Source: Basidiobolus meristosporus CBS 931.73 (lineage: Eukaryota > Fungi > Basidiobolomycota). From it: 64,000 bases of DNA. Under the pieces are notes generated by a model. It had not been told where the DNA came from and ran no database searches. It saw only the letters and a program-made list of their open reading frames with translations. The translations under genes were made by a program, and so were the position numbers. This document shows positions 1 through 13,083 of this stretch, piece after piece (positions within the stretch are counted from its first letter, which is position 1; each line of letters opens with the position of its first letter). Where the stretch lies: assembly GCA_002104905.1 (NCBI GenBank), contig MCFE01000277.1:41013-105012 (forward strand). Direction: 5' to 3'.

Positions 1-600
1 GTGATCCTAAAGCAGTTGCAAGCTCACTTGAATCAGTTTGCACAAGGTGACAAGTACAACTAGGCGCTGTTATGAAAGTATCAGGTGGCCAACAAGATAT
101 TATTGGTACAGTAGTGACTGATGAATGCTCAAATATGACTTGGCTGGCAAAATACTGGCTGTGATACTTGTAATACTCCACATGCCATCTGTGTGCTTCA
201 TGGCTATGAGGCTGGTTACAATATCCCTATGAAAATAATTTGGTTATGTAGGTGGATCCAATCCAGATCAGCTGTCAGGATCCAGGAGTGGGTCCATCAT
301 GATGCTGGTAGCTTGGAATCATTGACCCTCTAAACAATCTTATGATGGGATTGAGATGGTACTTTGCTGATTTTACTGCTAAATAAAGTACAAAACTTGA
401 TGGTGTTTAAGCAGTATTTTGGCAAGAATTGCATGGCATTCTGACAGTCTTAATGCGCTCTACAATTATCTATGAGGACCTAACCAGTCAGTACATCCAA
501 TTTCCTTATATGGCAAGAAACTTGACAGTGCTCTAATGGTCTCATTGCAAAATGTGGCTGGCATTATAATGCTACTGTACCAATTTACCAAACAGTATTT
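1..600 (+). mobile_element. Decayed DNA-transposase remnant, probably hAT-like
   Basis: Broken + strand frames read ...IIGTVVTDECSNM... (~100-140), CVLH and LRWY. These resemble the hAT 'VVTDxxxNM / CxxH / TRW' motifs. Many stops; CG-depleted. Confidence 0.35.
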
Positions 601-1089
601 TCTTTTTCTACCTCCCCTTCCACCACTCAAATATTTAACTGTAGAATAAACCTCTTTATTTGCTTACCCACCAACACCTGAGGTATTTGATATATAGCTC
701 AAATGAAAGAAACTATGGCCTCCTGCTTACTAACCTCTACATATGCACACACCTGCGGCAATAGATACACTTCTACTACCACAACTTTACGGCTTTTAAG
801 TGTAATACTTACAATGTTGCCATATACCTTGCAGTACTAGTAATATATACCTCTTGCAAACATATGCTTGGTTGCCGCCACTTTAGCCATCAATACCTCC
901 TGAATATCTGCAATGAACTTCTTTGTACTTAATCAATAAATACCTTCTTCCTGCTAGATTCTAGTCTTGATAATAGGGGCACTCTGACTCTTGTTTGTGT
1001 GAACTCCATATTGAATGGTGTAGAGACTGGCTTGTGACCAAGAGAAACTTGGCATACTTTGGTAAAGCTGTCCTAACAAAAGTTAGTTG

Positions 1090-3290
1090 CTTGTTGTGCC
1101 CAACCCAACTTTGCATTACTTAGCAGATTACTCACATGTTGGGGCTGCTTAGCTTCTTAATGCCAAAGAAATAGATGTCATCATGTGCTCATCTGTCCTC
1201 AGTACTCTCCATCTCTTGCTGGTAGTCCTCCATGTGCCAACTCATCACATTCCTGATGGACCTGAAGGTAATATTCTTGATGAGACTGTAAATAGTAGTG
1301 CCAGCAACTTGAGTAGTCTTCCTATCTTCCCACACATCCACTCCATAGGAAACTCCCAAAAGGTGAAGGGAGGCCCAATATTTTCCATACATCAAGCAAG
1401 ATGGAGTAGATAATGGATACAGTAGTGGCAGAGATTTGCATGTTCAGCTTTAGGCTGTTAGTTTAGCAGCTCAAATCACATCACAAACTCTCTGCATAAA
1501 AGCTGTAGATGTGTCAAGTTGGTGTTGGTGATCTGCTTCTGAATATATTCCCACAATGTCAGTATATGACTCCCAATGCTTCCAATTTACTCTTGGTTAA
1601 TTCTCTGAGTGTTTGAGAGTCTTAGAAATAATGGATGTGATTATATGGTTTCAACTTAATGATTTATTGAATGTAAAAGTAATACTTATACTTTTGTATG
1701 ATCTTGGCATAACAGGCATGTATAGTAGGCTTAGGAAGGTCTCAAGAACCTGTGTGCAAGGTTTGGGGCAGCTTGGACAATTTTGAGAACTTTCATGTTC
1801 TGATACCTGATATTTTGGTAAAAATATTAAAAGTAAATCTCAACAAGGAATTTGATCAGTATTCCCTAGGATTTGAAGATAATGATCAAAGTGACTAAGT
1901 TAGGTGAATATTTTGGTGGAATTACAAATTCCTACAACATTCAGAAGGCCACTAGAGTATATATATCTGGTTCATTGAGTCCTTGCATTTGAATTGTTGC
2001 ATATGTGTATGAATATTAATTGGAGCCTGTGAGAAGTACTTGGGATAGCAGATACACTGTAATATCTTGAGAATTCTTTCAAATTTCTCTGGTATCTCTA
2101 AGGGCTCATTCAGCTTGAAATGCCCCATGTACAACTTGGTTGTTAGTATAGGGATATTGCTGCAAAGCAAATGCACTACTCCCAGTAGAATGCTTTTGCT
2201 TTAACAGATACCCTCAATCTTAAGTATCTCTGGTTTCCAATTAATTCTGTATCTAGACAATGGCTTATAGATTGTTAACTTTGCTCCAATTGCATGCTTA
2301 CTTCAGTTCATTCTCTCTGTGGGAAGATAATGTTTTTAGTGTTGATGTTTGGATAGTAATAATGTGTATGAGTTATGGAGTAAATCCCCTGTATCTTGCA
2401 CATTTGACAGCAATATCCTCCATTGTACCCAGAAAAGCTGGCTATCAACTGATGGCTGAGGTATCTCCAATGCAGATAAAAAAATGTGCATTGATAGGGC
2501 AGCCATTTAGTAGTATTCCACTTGAACACATACAAAATTCATCTAGTGTTGTGCATCAACATTTAAAACTTAGCCAATTTACTCCATTAGAAATTCTAGT
2601 ACCTTATCAGATTTTCCCTAATCCAAACATAACTAATCCCAGTTATGGTTTATTTTATTACTTCACAGAATCTATTTTTAGCTGTCACACCTGATCAATT
2701 TTCATATGGTCATTACATCTTCAACTGATCTGCTAAGCCTTTCCAAATGATTGGTCATCCAAGATATATCCAACCACTTAGCAGTTGCCAAAACATTAGC
2801 TGATTGATGATGCAATTTTCATTTATCTTATGCACCTATCAACACCCAAACTGATCTCAATTAGTCCAGTCTCTTGTGCTTACTAATATGACTTGTTCAG
2901 AAAAGTGTAAATAAAGTTTACCAAACCTTATTGCCTAGTTTGTGTCTCAGCAAAATTAAGAATTCAGCAATTCTGTTCCAGTTTCTACCCATGCCTAGCA
3001 TATCTAGCATTCCAAGAACACCAAGCCTAGCCTGCATAGCAAACCAACTCTGTTGCCTTTATAGCCAAACCCTGCTATATACAAGACCAATATTAGACCA
3101 GAATTGGTGTGCCAATATTTCTGTCACTCTCTGACAATAATAAGATTCTGCACTTAGTTGTCCTTTCCATTCAGTTAAACCATTCAAGAGTTTTATTACA
3201 CTTTTCTCTTGAATATAACAAGGATGCTCCTCTGTTATGACAACAACCCCCAGGCCATCTTCCTGTGATATTATCTTCATCTTCACCTGA
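1090..3290 (-). mobile_element. Decayed CACTA (CMC-EnSpm) transposase, interrupted by a solo LTR
   Basis: Minus-strand fragments carry GPPFTFWEFPMEWMCG (~1329-1376; GPxxxxWxFPxERxCG motif), MHLLCSNIPILTTKLYMGHF (~2120-2176) and SGYNGGYCCQMCKIQGIY (~2370-2430), typical of fungal Tnp2-family transposases. Frameshifts and stops throughout. Confidence 0.72.
1610..1939 (-). mobile_element. Solo LTR (330 bp), family copy 1
   Basis: Starts TGTTTGAGAGTC and ends TACAACA. Aligns by eye along its length with 3362-3695 and 58071-58402. The target-site duplication is not clean (CTGAG/TTCAG). Confidence 0.7.
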
Positions 3291-3361
3291 TAGATTTAGT
3301 AGTTTGACCCATTCAGCTTTTCAGCTGAGAGAAAAATTCCATCATTAGCAGTACTAGCTTC

Positions 3362-3695
3362 TGAGTCTTAGAGATATTGGAAGTGATTGGAAGAACAAGT
3401 AGATTATATGGTTTTCACTTAATGATTTATTGAATGTGGAAGTAGTATTTACACTTTTACACAATCTTGGCAAGACAAGTACAAGGAATATGCTTAGAAA
3501 GATCCCAAAAACAGGTGCGCAAAGTCTGGGGCTGCTTGGACAACCTTGAGATTTTTCATATCCTGAGTACCTGATATTTTGGTGAAATATTCTCAGTAAA
3601 TACCAACAAGGGATTTGGCTTGAGCTCTCCGGCACTTGTTGACTATGGTCAAAGTGTCCAAGTTAAATGAATATCCAGGTGTAATTACAAAACTT
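3362..3695 (-). mobile_element. Degenerate LTR, family copy 2 (termini eroded)
   Basis: Shares GAGTCTTAGAGATATTGGAAGTGATTGG...CACTTAATGATTTATTGAATGT...GCAAAGTCTGGGGCTGCTTGGACAAC with the copies at 1610 and 58071. TG/CA ends not recognisable. Confidence 0.65.
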
Positions 3696-4773
3696 AGAAT
3701 TCAGCTGATATTATACTGGTATTCAGTATGACTTTAGTGAAGTTTTTTTTAGGGCTAAGAATTTGGATGCTAATCTTCGCACAACACTTAGCCTTTTAAT
3801 TCAAGTTGTTGGGAAGCATGAAGTAACAATGATGCCAACATATCCTGTTGGAGAGGTTGGAGGCCAATTGGTAAGATATCAAAGTGAGTAACATGCAAGA
3901 TACAATGCTTTTAGAGGACAGGATTATACCCCATTGTTCATGATTGCTTTGAAGTGTATCTAACATGGGAAATCACCACCAGACTTGACAAGTCCCCGGG
4001 TCCGCCAACGATGGCCACATATCCATCCACAACATCCTTAGTAAACCAAACTCCGCACAGGGAACTGATTTTGCTACGATCTGACAGCCGGCGGTAAACC
4101 TCCTCAACCCCACATTTAAGGAGAGGAAACTAAGGCCCCTAATTTTCGCACGTAAGATGATAAGATGATTGATGAAAATAGATCACCCAGGCCCTCCACC
4201 TATTTAGTTACGATCACTAGTTAAAAGCTTAAGATTATAGCGAGCAAAGCAAGTAATATACCTCGGAATGGTTACTAATCGGAGTTCAGCAACACCGATC
4301 CCCACTGAACACATAACTGCCGGCAAATCTGATTCCATGGAGTCAGCTTATTGCTGGGTACGGTTACACCAATTTCGAGCCCACTCTTTCTAGGCCCCCG
4401 ATGGAACGGAATCATCCCTCGGATTGGGCAAACGGTCTGTGGGACTTGCCGTGGGATCGGGAATCCCCCAGTTTGAACCTATGTATCCCAGTTAACTTCG
4501 CGTGGCGATCCGGCTAGAACTGCATTGTACAAGTAGAACCCTTAATTAACACTGATGGAAGTTTATTGGTAGGTGCACTGTAACTTGGATCAGGACATTT
4601 CAAGCAACAGAATATGGTCACGACCTAGGCAAATATTATCAAAATATCGGGGGAGGGGGGGGGGTTCATAGAGCGGCGGGATTACTATTATTTCATTAAC
4701 TTCGGATATTGGGGGCTAGTACGCAAGGATGCTTCTACAAGTTGGAATGGTAAAGATCTCTGGAATATACCAT

Positions 4774-5277
4774 TTACAAGTTCATGGCGGCAACAGCAAG
4801 ACCAGCGACGGCAACAAGGCTTCCGGCGGCTAAGGATTGAGCGCTGTTGCCCTTGGTGGTAGGCTGAGCGCCTGCAGTGGTTCCTTGGGTACCAGAAGCT
4901 CCTGGAGCACCGCTAGCAACTGGGGACTGGCTGGCGGCGGGGTTAGAGGGAGAGACAGCGGGAGCAGTAGGAGCAGGGGTAACAGATGGTTGAGGGTTGG
5001 CACTAGGAACCTGGACACAATAGGTGGTCACAAGACCTTGGGCACCGACAGCTTCGCCTTGAATAGCGGAGTCATCAGGGCATTGCTGGTAACATTGAAC
5101 AACTGCCTTCTGCTTCTCGCATCTGCAGACGAAATCTTGTTGGCCACACTTGTCCAAAGCAGCGGTGGCATCCTTTTTACAAGTATCGAAGACCGCCTGT
5201 GCTTGGCAAGCGGCGCTGACGCTTTGAGCAGCAACCAAGCAAGTGGCAAGGGCAACAAGGGCGGAAGTGAATTTCAT
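4774..5277 (-). CDS. Secreted, probably GPI-anchored Cys-rich / Ser-Thr-Pro-rich cell-surface protein
   Basis: ATG at 5277 gives signal peptide MKFTSALVALATCLVAAQSVSA, an 8-Cys domain, a P/S/T/A-rich stalk and a hydrophobic C-terminal GPI-type signal (NSAQSLAAGSLVAVAGLAVAAMNL). Confidence 0.85.
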   Translation of the reverse strand: MKFTSALVALATCLVAAQSVSAACQAQAVFDTCKKDATAALDKCGQQDFVCRCEKQKAVVQCYQQCPDDSAIQGEAVGAQGLVTTYCVQVPSANPQPSVTPAPTAPAVSPSNPAASQSPVASGAPGASGTQGTTAGAQPTTKGNSAQSLAAGSLVAVAGLAVAAMNL

Positions 5278-7146
5278 TATGGCGACTACGAGTAAAGAAG
5301 GTGTGGTGTGGTGTGGGTGTCCACTCCAAACGAATTTATACTTCACCAACCGAGAGGCTGATTGGATGGCTTGAAATTGGTCCCACCCTAGACGAGTATC
5401 CACATATCCCAATGTTACCCAAGGAAATCCGAGTGACCGTATTGCATCAGGAATAGATAAATTGTTGATTATTTAGCCATTTCCTTCCAATGCGCCATGA
5501 TGCGCAGTTCGAAAATTTCCATCACAATCCATCGCTCCACTCTATTAATAGGTTGCCCGCGGTGAATTCCGTCGAGATGCATGGATCGATTAGGGTTAAA
5601 CGGGTTTAGCTTCTCCTCTGGTTTCACTTCAATTCTATTCTCACTCGCTTACACTTCTAAGTAGAATGGAGACATTGTGGGCGGGCCATAATGCTTGTTG
5701 GCTCGTTGATTTGTCTACATGCCGGAGCCGTGGTTTTGTACGCAGGACGGAAGGATACATCCGTCACGAGCGCAGCACACTTGTCTGATTTGACAGTGCA
5801 TGAGCCGACCTCACCATGCAGAGAATCGACTTCCCCAGCTGAATTTAGCTGGCTGGTTGTGTTATATGCAACCCCGTGGAGAAGTGTGCCTCTGTCTATT
5901 AGGGTGCAGTCACTGAATCTGATCCTATCCTTTATTGTAACGCTCAGCCGAAACGGCCTCTGATAGTCACACACCCCGCAACAAGTGTAGCCACCAAGTG
6001 CCAGCACAAGACCTTGGTGGTGGCGTTGGAACAAGCCTTTAAATAACGAACTCTCGGATGACTCATACACGATATACCGGCTCGTCCGATCTTTTTTCAC
6101 ACCTCTCTAAACTGCCACCATGGTCGTGTCACAGGGTTTTCTCTTTTTTAACCATCCGTCTCAGAAATTCTCCCGAGTTGAGTGAATTCACCCGTTCGTC
6201 AGGTCATCTGGCTGAGTCCCATCAAACCTCCCTGATATTCCCCAGCGAGAGCGTGAGGAAGTGGCCAAGAAGGATTACTCTCCTTGCGCAGCACACTTGA
6301 GGAATGCAGCCAACCGACCTCCCCCCAATTCCAACACTGAAATCATGGAGCGTAGGCGGGCCCTGTTCCAGCATATTGCAAGGAGCCCATTTTGGCGGTG
6401 ATCGGTCCAGCGTCCAGCTGACCCTCAGGGCTGTTTAACCCAGAAGATACTCTCAATTCCGCAAGGGGTGTTTAGCATGGGTTAGGGTAAATTGAAGAGA
6501 ATTTTTCCAGCGGATGGATTCTAGTGCGGGTGTCTGGCTCCGCAATGCCTAATCATCTTGTGTGCGCTATGCAGAGCTCTTCGTCAGTTTTTGGAATTCG
6601 GATTTCGCTGGCATCAGGCACCATGGTGTACTTCTCTAGCGAGCACATGGTAGTCCGGGTCATATGCCATGAGCATTCATATCGCCTCCTCGTAATACGT
6701 CACCCCATCCGTGTATTAGTCAGCGGATGCCATCAACAACTGGCCATACATGCTAAGGAATTCTCCTACTGGCAAAAGTGGCCGATTTCATGGTGGGATG
6801 AGTGGATAAATTTGCCAGGAATGTAAACAAGACGGCAAGCTCGAGGCATCTCTCGTGGTGTAACTGTTTAGCCTTCAAAATGGATTTAGAAATCGATCAT
6901 CTAATATGATAGAGGGCTCGCCTTATAGAGTCGATTAGCTATATAAATATTGGAGCATCTGCTATGATGCTATTGAAATCTCACTTGGAATGCCAAATGA
7001 TGTAGATTGATTGGATTAGGTAAAGGTATCTTACTTACCAATAATGATCAACATGGATTGCCCCAAAATCTCTCAAGGTGGATTAAAAAAGAAATATAAA
7101 ATGCCAAGTGGTGGGACTAAGTGGTACTTACATTCTTATTGGAAAG

Positions 7147-8204
7147 ATGCGCTTCTACACCTCCATGTTTGCTGCTGCTCAGAGAGCCTCCATGACTCTC
7201 AAGGGTCCCGCTATGGCCCGCTCATACTCCGCATATGCTGGAGCATCGGCTGGAAGAAGCTCCATCTTGAAGTTTGCTTCCTTCGCTTTGCCTGCCGCTG
7301 CTGCCGGAGGTAAGTTCTGGATATCTGGCGATGGTCAGGATGCACGGTAACTAATCCACTTGTTTCCCCGTTAGCTGCCTACTACCAATACGCTTCTCCA
7401 GTCCAAAACGACAGCTCAAGCACCGAGCCCAAGAAGTTTGCTTTGGACCCCAGCCAATTCATCGACTTCAAGCTTCTTGAGGTCGAAGAGATCAACCACA
7501 ACACCAAGTTGTTCCGTTTCGAGCTCCCCGAAGGTGAAACTTTGGGTATGAGCGTGGCTTCCTGCGTCATCACCAAGGTCCCTAAGGCTGGCGGTAAGGG
7601 AGTTATCATTCGCCCATACACCCCTACCTCCGATGATGACACTGTCGGCCACTTCGATATGATCATCAAGAAGTACCCCAACGGACCCATGTCTGAGCAC
7701 ATCCACAACATGAAGCCTGGAGACACTTTGGCCGTCAAGGGCCCCTTCCCCAAGTATACCTACAAGCCAAACACTCTCAGCCACATTGGTATGATTGCTG
7801 GTGGAACCGGTATCACTCCTATGCTCCAAGTGATCCGTAAGGTGTTCAAGAATCCTGAGGACAAGACCAAGATCACCTTGGTATTCGCCAATGTCAACGA
7901 AGATGACATTTTGTTGCGCGATGAACTCGACAAACTGGCCATGGAGCACCCTGAGCAATTCAAGCTCTACTACACCCTCGACAACGCACCCAAGGGCTGG
8001 ACTCAAGGTCAAGGTCGCGTCAACGCCGAAGTAGTCAAGGACTTCATGCCCAAGCCTGCTGAGGACACCATGGTCTTCGTTTGCGGCCCTGACCCAATGG
8101 TCGCCTCCCTCTCTGGCGCCAAGAACCCTGACAAGTCTCAAGGTGCTTTGGGTGGTATCTTGAAGGAGTTGGGTTACACAGAGAGCAATGTTTACAAATT
8201 CTAA
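7147..8204 (+). CDS. MCR1: Mitochondrial NADH-cytochrome b5 reductase (2 exons; intron 7310-7374)
   Basis: Mitochondrial-type N-terminus MRFYTSMFAAAQRAS, FAD motif RPYTP, NADH motifs GMIAGGTGITPMLQ and VCGP. The GT-AG intron keeps the frame. Confidence 0.92.
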
Positions 8205-8606
8205 TCTTGATTAGATCATTTCACATTATGCATAACTTTTCCATATTTGTACTTCGTTCTCAATCAATAAACGGGACCATTAGACACTTTCATTCTTCCC
8301 CAAACCCCGCATTTTGGGGTACAGGCTCATTGGGCCGCGGGGTCGTCACATTAACCAACTAATTATCCAAACAGGTCGTTGATAAGCAATGGTTGCATGA
8401 GCAATGATTACTGAAGTATCTGTGCCATCATGACGTCAAGAGATACCTCACTTACTTGGGCATTCGTACACGCATTATTTTATGCGCCGATTATACGCCA
8501 CCTAATCATTGGATCCATGGTAGTTGTGGCTTCACTCCACCTGACATATTTCCAAGGAAGATACTAAAGAGACTACGTGAAGTCCAGTCGTCAATTCGGA
8601 TTAAAT

Positions 8607-11600
8607 ATGCTATTCAAGGTCACTTTCCTTACGTGTTGTTGTACAAAAGATCGGTATTGAAGAGTGAGGCAACTTTTTGATTAGTGGGAGTCGACAAGCA
8701 CCCGAGTTAAAGGACTTGCATTTCACCCAAGAAGACCTTGGGTCTTGACCTCGCTGCACAGCGGCGGTTTGGAGCTATGGGATTACCGTACGGGTGCGCT
8801 TTTGGAAAGGTTCGAAGAACATACCGGTATTTTTGCTCCTATTTCTATGTTAACCTCCAAGACTACGTCCAAACTGCTAACGTTCGGCTTTGACGAAAAG
8901 GTCCGGTTCGTGGTGTTTCGTTCCACCCCACGAAAGAGCTTTTTGTTTCTGGTGGGGATGATATGAGAGTTAAGGTGTGGGACGTGAAAACTAGACGTTG
9001 TCTGTTTACGCTTAGCGGCCATTCCGACTATATCCGTACGGTGTTCTTTCACCCTCGGTTTCCTTGGATCGTGAGCGCTTCGGACGACTTAACCATACGC
9101 ATATGGAATTGGCAGTCGAGGGCATGCATAGCAGTTTTGGCTGGACATACTCATTACGTTATGTGCGCACAGTTTCATCCTACGGAAGATCTAATTGCTT
9201 CCGCTAGTCTAGACCAGACTGTCAGGATTTGGGATACATCTGGTTTGCCACTTTCTGTGGTTGCTATGATCTAAGTATCGTTTGTTGTAACCATTCTTTT
9301 TGGCTAGGCCTGCGTAGCAAAAATGTAGCACCTGTTTCTGTTCTTGACGGTGGCATGGCATCGGGGATGGGTCAACAAGCAGATGTAGTAGCTGATGTAG
9401 ATGTTACAGTGAGGTTTGTATTGGAAGGCCATAGCCGGGGAGTTAATTGGGTGTCTTTTCACCCAAGCCAGGCTTTACTTGTCTCCGGTGGTGACGATAA
9501 GCAGATACGAGTTTGGAGGTTTAACGGTAAATCCTAACATTCCTAAATAGGCTGTCGCATATAATAATACGTGTTCATTTCACTTTGCATTCAGTCCATA
9601 GAGCATGGGAGACGGAGGTTTATCGAGGGCACACTGACAATGTATCGTCAGTTCTATTCCATCCCCACCACGGATTGATCGTATCTTGCGGGGAAGATAT
9701 GACCATCCGAGTGTGGGACACCGATGCAAAGACCTTGGTGCAATGCTTTTCGAATACACACAATCGGTTTTGGGCACTCTGCTCGCATCCAAAAGGCAAT
9801 CTGTTTGCCAGCGGTAAACTGAATTCCTGAACGTTTGCTCATATACTGTTCTCAACGTTGCCCTCCATACAGGTCACGATGGCGGACTTGCGGTATTCAA
9901 GCTTAACAGAGAGCGCCCAGCCTGGACAATGCACGAAGGATCGCTTTTCTACGTGCGCGAGAATCACATCAGAGCCATGAATTACGCCACCGGAAAAGAC
10001 GCCCCATTAGTAACTATCAAGCGACTCAACACTTACACTGCCCCGAAAACTGTCACATACAACAATGCCGAGAAGGCTTTTCTCATTACAACCCAATGTG
10101 AAAGCCCGATATATGAGCTTTACCGTATACCAAAGGGCTATACTGGCGGGGCTCTCATCAAGAATGAAGTATTGTCTGGTAGTTGCTCGGCTGCGGTGTT
10201 TCTCAGTCGAAACCGGTTTGCTGTTCTAAACCAACCAGGAAATACCATCGACATCAAAGATCTGTCAAACGCTACTACGGCCACCATAAACTTCGACAGA
10301 GTAATCCGGGATATATCCTATTCACCTGGTGGAGGTCTGATGCTTTTTACCGACAGTTGCGTGATTCTGTATCATGTACCGACGCGACGGGCCCTAGCGG
10401 AGCTGAGTGTGGATGCAGTTAAATACGCAGTTTGGGCTCCTGACATGTCAATGGTCGCACTCTTAGCAAAGCATAGCGTCACATTGTGCACAAAAGACCT
10501 GGTCAAAAAGTGTCAAGCTCGAGAGTCTAGCCGGGTAAAAAGCGGCGCTTTCGACTCCACCGGAGTCTTTATCTACAACACACTGGACCATATCAAGTTT
10601 CTTCTTTTCCAAGGTGATCATGGGATAATCCGCACTGTTGGTGAGCCCGTGTACTTGCTGAGATCGGAGGGCACCGTTCTGCATATTCTTGATAGGAAAA
10701 ATAAACCCGATTCGATCGTCATTGATCCAACTGAGTATCAATTCAAGCTTGCCTTGATTGAGAAGAATCTCTCTCGGGCTGTGCACTTCATTCGTGATTC
10801 CAGTCTCGTAGGAAAAGGCGTGGTTGCGTACTTACAGCAACTGGGGTATCCTGAGATAGCCATGTTCTTTGTCGACGACGAAACGGACCGGTTTGAATTG
10901 GCCTTGGATGCTGGGAATATTGATGCTGCACTTCGCAGCTGCCAATCAATCGATAAATACGGTTGCTGGGCCAAATTAAGCGATGAGGCCTTGAAGCACG
11001 GCAATCGCCATGTAGCCGAGCTTGCTTACCGACGCATCAAGCGATTGGACCGATTGTCTTTCCTGTATTTGGTCACTGGTGACCTTGAGAAAATCAATAG
11101 CATCCTGGCGGTAGCTGAGCAAGAAAATGGTGCAGAGATGCAATATAATAACGCATTATTAGTTGGTAACGTTGAGGCAAGGATCAAAATATTGGTGGAG
11201 ACCAACCAACTCCCTCTAGCGTATCTTACAGCTAAATCTCATGGACTAGACACGAAAGCAAGCCAAATTCTTATGATGGCGAACATGGCTGAAGTAGACA
11301 TCCAGCTTCCGACTACATCTGGCCGATTTTTGCCCACTCCAAGTCCACTGCTTTCTAGACCAACTGTGGAGAACTGGCCATTGTTATCTTCCTCCAAAGG
11401 GGCATTTGAAAATATAGTTAAGGGAATAGTTGCCGGAATCCCTGCTGGCAATGACGAACTCCTAGCCGAACACCGAGATTTGAGTAATGAGAACATGGAC
11501 GATAAGCCGGATGACCCAACAGACTGGGGTATCGAAGAAATATGTCTAGATGAAGTTCGTGAGCCGGTTAGGTTTGTGATGCCTTCGAGTGGTATCGAGG

Positions 11601-12574
11601 AGTCCGATGTACGGTGTAGGCACTCCAGCCTGGCAGTGGACCATATAGCCTGTGGTTTCTTTGATACCGCAATGAATCTATTAAACAGTCAAAGCGGTGT
11701 AGTCAATTTTGCCCCTTTGAAGCCACTTTTCCTAACTGTTTTCCGAACCGCAAGTACTCTTATGTCGATGAATCCTTCCATCGTATCTATACGCGTCCCA
11801 ATTCGCCGGAGTATTGAGGAAACACGCCTGGAGAAATCCGCACCTGGTGTGATATTCACTTTGGCGAATCTTACGAATCGATTTCATCTCGCCAGCAAAT
11901 TAACATCGGATGGAAAGTTCGAGGATGCCATCGCACAATTCAAAGGCATCCTACACACACTGGTACTTACAACCGTCGATCAAGCACATCTGAGGCATGC
12001 CGAGGAGCTCCTGAGTAGCTGTCGAGAATACATTGTCGGGCTTCAGATGGAGCGAGTTAGACAGAATATTCGAGATGATGACAAGGAAAATGTGAAGAGA
12101 ATACTCGAGCTCTCCGCCTATTTTACTCATTGTGACCTACAGAACTCACATAAGCAACTTAGCCTAAGGTTGGCGATGACCCTTAGCTTTAGATATAAGA
12201 ACTTCAGGTCGGCCTCTAGCTTTGCTGGTCGCTTGCTGGACTCAAGCCCGCCTTCTCGAGTTGTCGCCCAGGCCAGACAGGTGCAATCCGTATCCGATAA
12301 AGCTTCTCGTGACGAGATTCTGCTGAACTATGATCCATTCAAGCCGCTCCTCATCTGCGGTAGTACATATACTCCTATCCATGATATGGATCGCAAGGTT
12401 GAATGTCCTTACTGTCATTCTTCATACCACTTGGAATGTCAAGGAAAGCTGTGTACCACATGCGACATTTCACAGATCGGCGCCAGTGCTACAGGCCTTC
12501 GCATCCTCTACGGCCCCTCCAGTAACAACAAACAGCGTGAAAGAGAGGCCATTGAGTCAATCGAATTCCCCTAG
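8607..12574 (+). CDS. COP1: Coatomer subunit alpha (6 exons: 8607-8618, 8685-8826, 8901-9242, 9308-9526, 9595-9813, 9873-12574)
   Basis: Spliced N-terminus [25 protein letters not shown]40 repeats ([26 protein letters not shown]), alpha-solenoid, and C-terminal CPYC...CTTC Zn-like motif of alpha-COP. Confidence 0.93.
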
Positions 12575-13083
12575 CGTTATGGCTGTCACCACCAGTTGGC
12601 GCACAACCCTTCCTCGCTTGTTTAATGATCAGTGAACGCCCAGGCCATCCCCATACTCCACTTTATCCACGCCCAACATCCAATAAATCACCGTCCATAC
12701 ACATAAAATATGTTGCAAATTCATATCCATGCTGCTTAAAGCAGTATTCATGACCCTCCGACAACCATCCAGTCATCCAGATCATTCACTAGTGTCGAAG
12801 CGCTACCCCACCACTAGGTAGTGATTGGCTATGTTCCGTCCGCTGATTAGTGGGCAGTCAGATATAGTTGGGAACATATTACCCCGGTCTATATAAATTC
12901 TAATGGGCCATTCCTCCATTGAGAACAGTAGCAAAGATGTTGCTGATTCGTCCATACCGAGTCGTGATTGAGACTAAATTTGGCAAGAGAAATTTTTTTA
13001 TGTTGTATCCACTTTCAATCTGGTGGTAGCATTTGAAAATCCCTGGCCTGGTGTGTGTCTTTCTCCGCTCTACACTAGTAGCA

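Noticed and set aside
3500-3550. QGCPSSP peptide in ORF 3354-3635 resembling the LINE RT 'QGCPLSP' motif
   Set aside because: Falls inside the non-coding 330-bp LTR; the other two copies do not keep the frame and no other RT motifs flank it.
6479-6488. Isolated GGTTAGGGT (and similar single TTAGGG hits elsewhere)
   Set aside because: Single hexamers are expected by chance and are not associated with element tails.
5657-6826. Several 80-150 aa ORFs between the GPI-protein gene and MCR1
   Set aside because: Non-ATG starts, no codon bias, no motifs; treated as intergenic.
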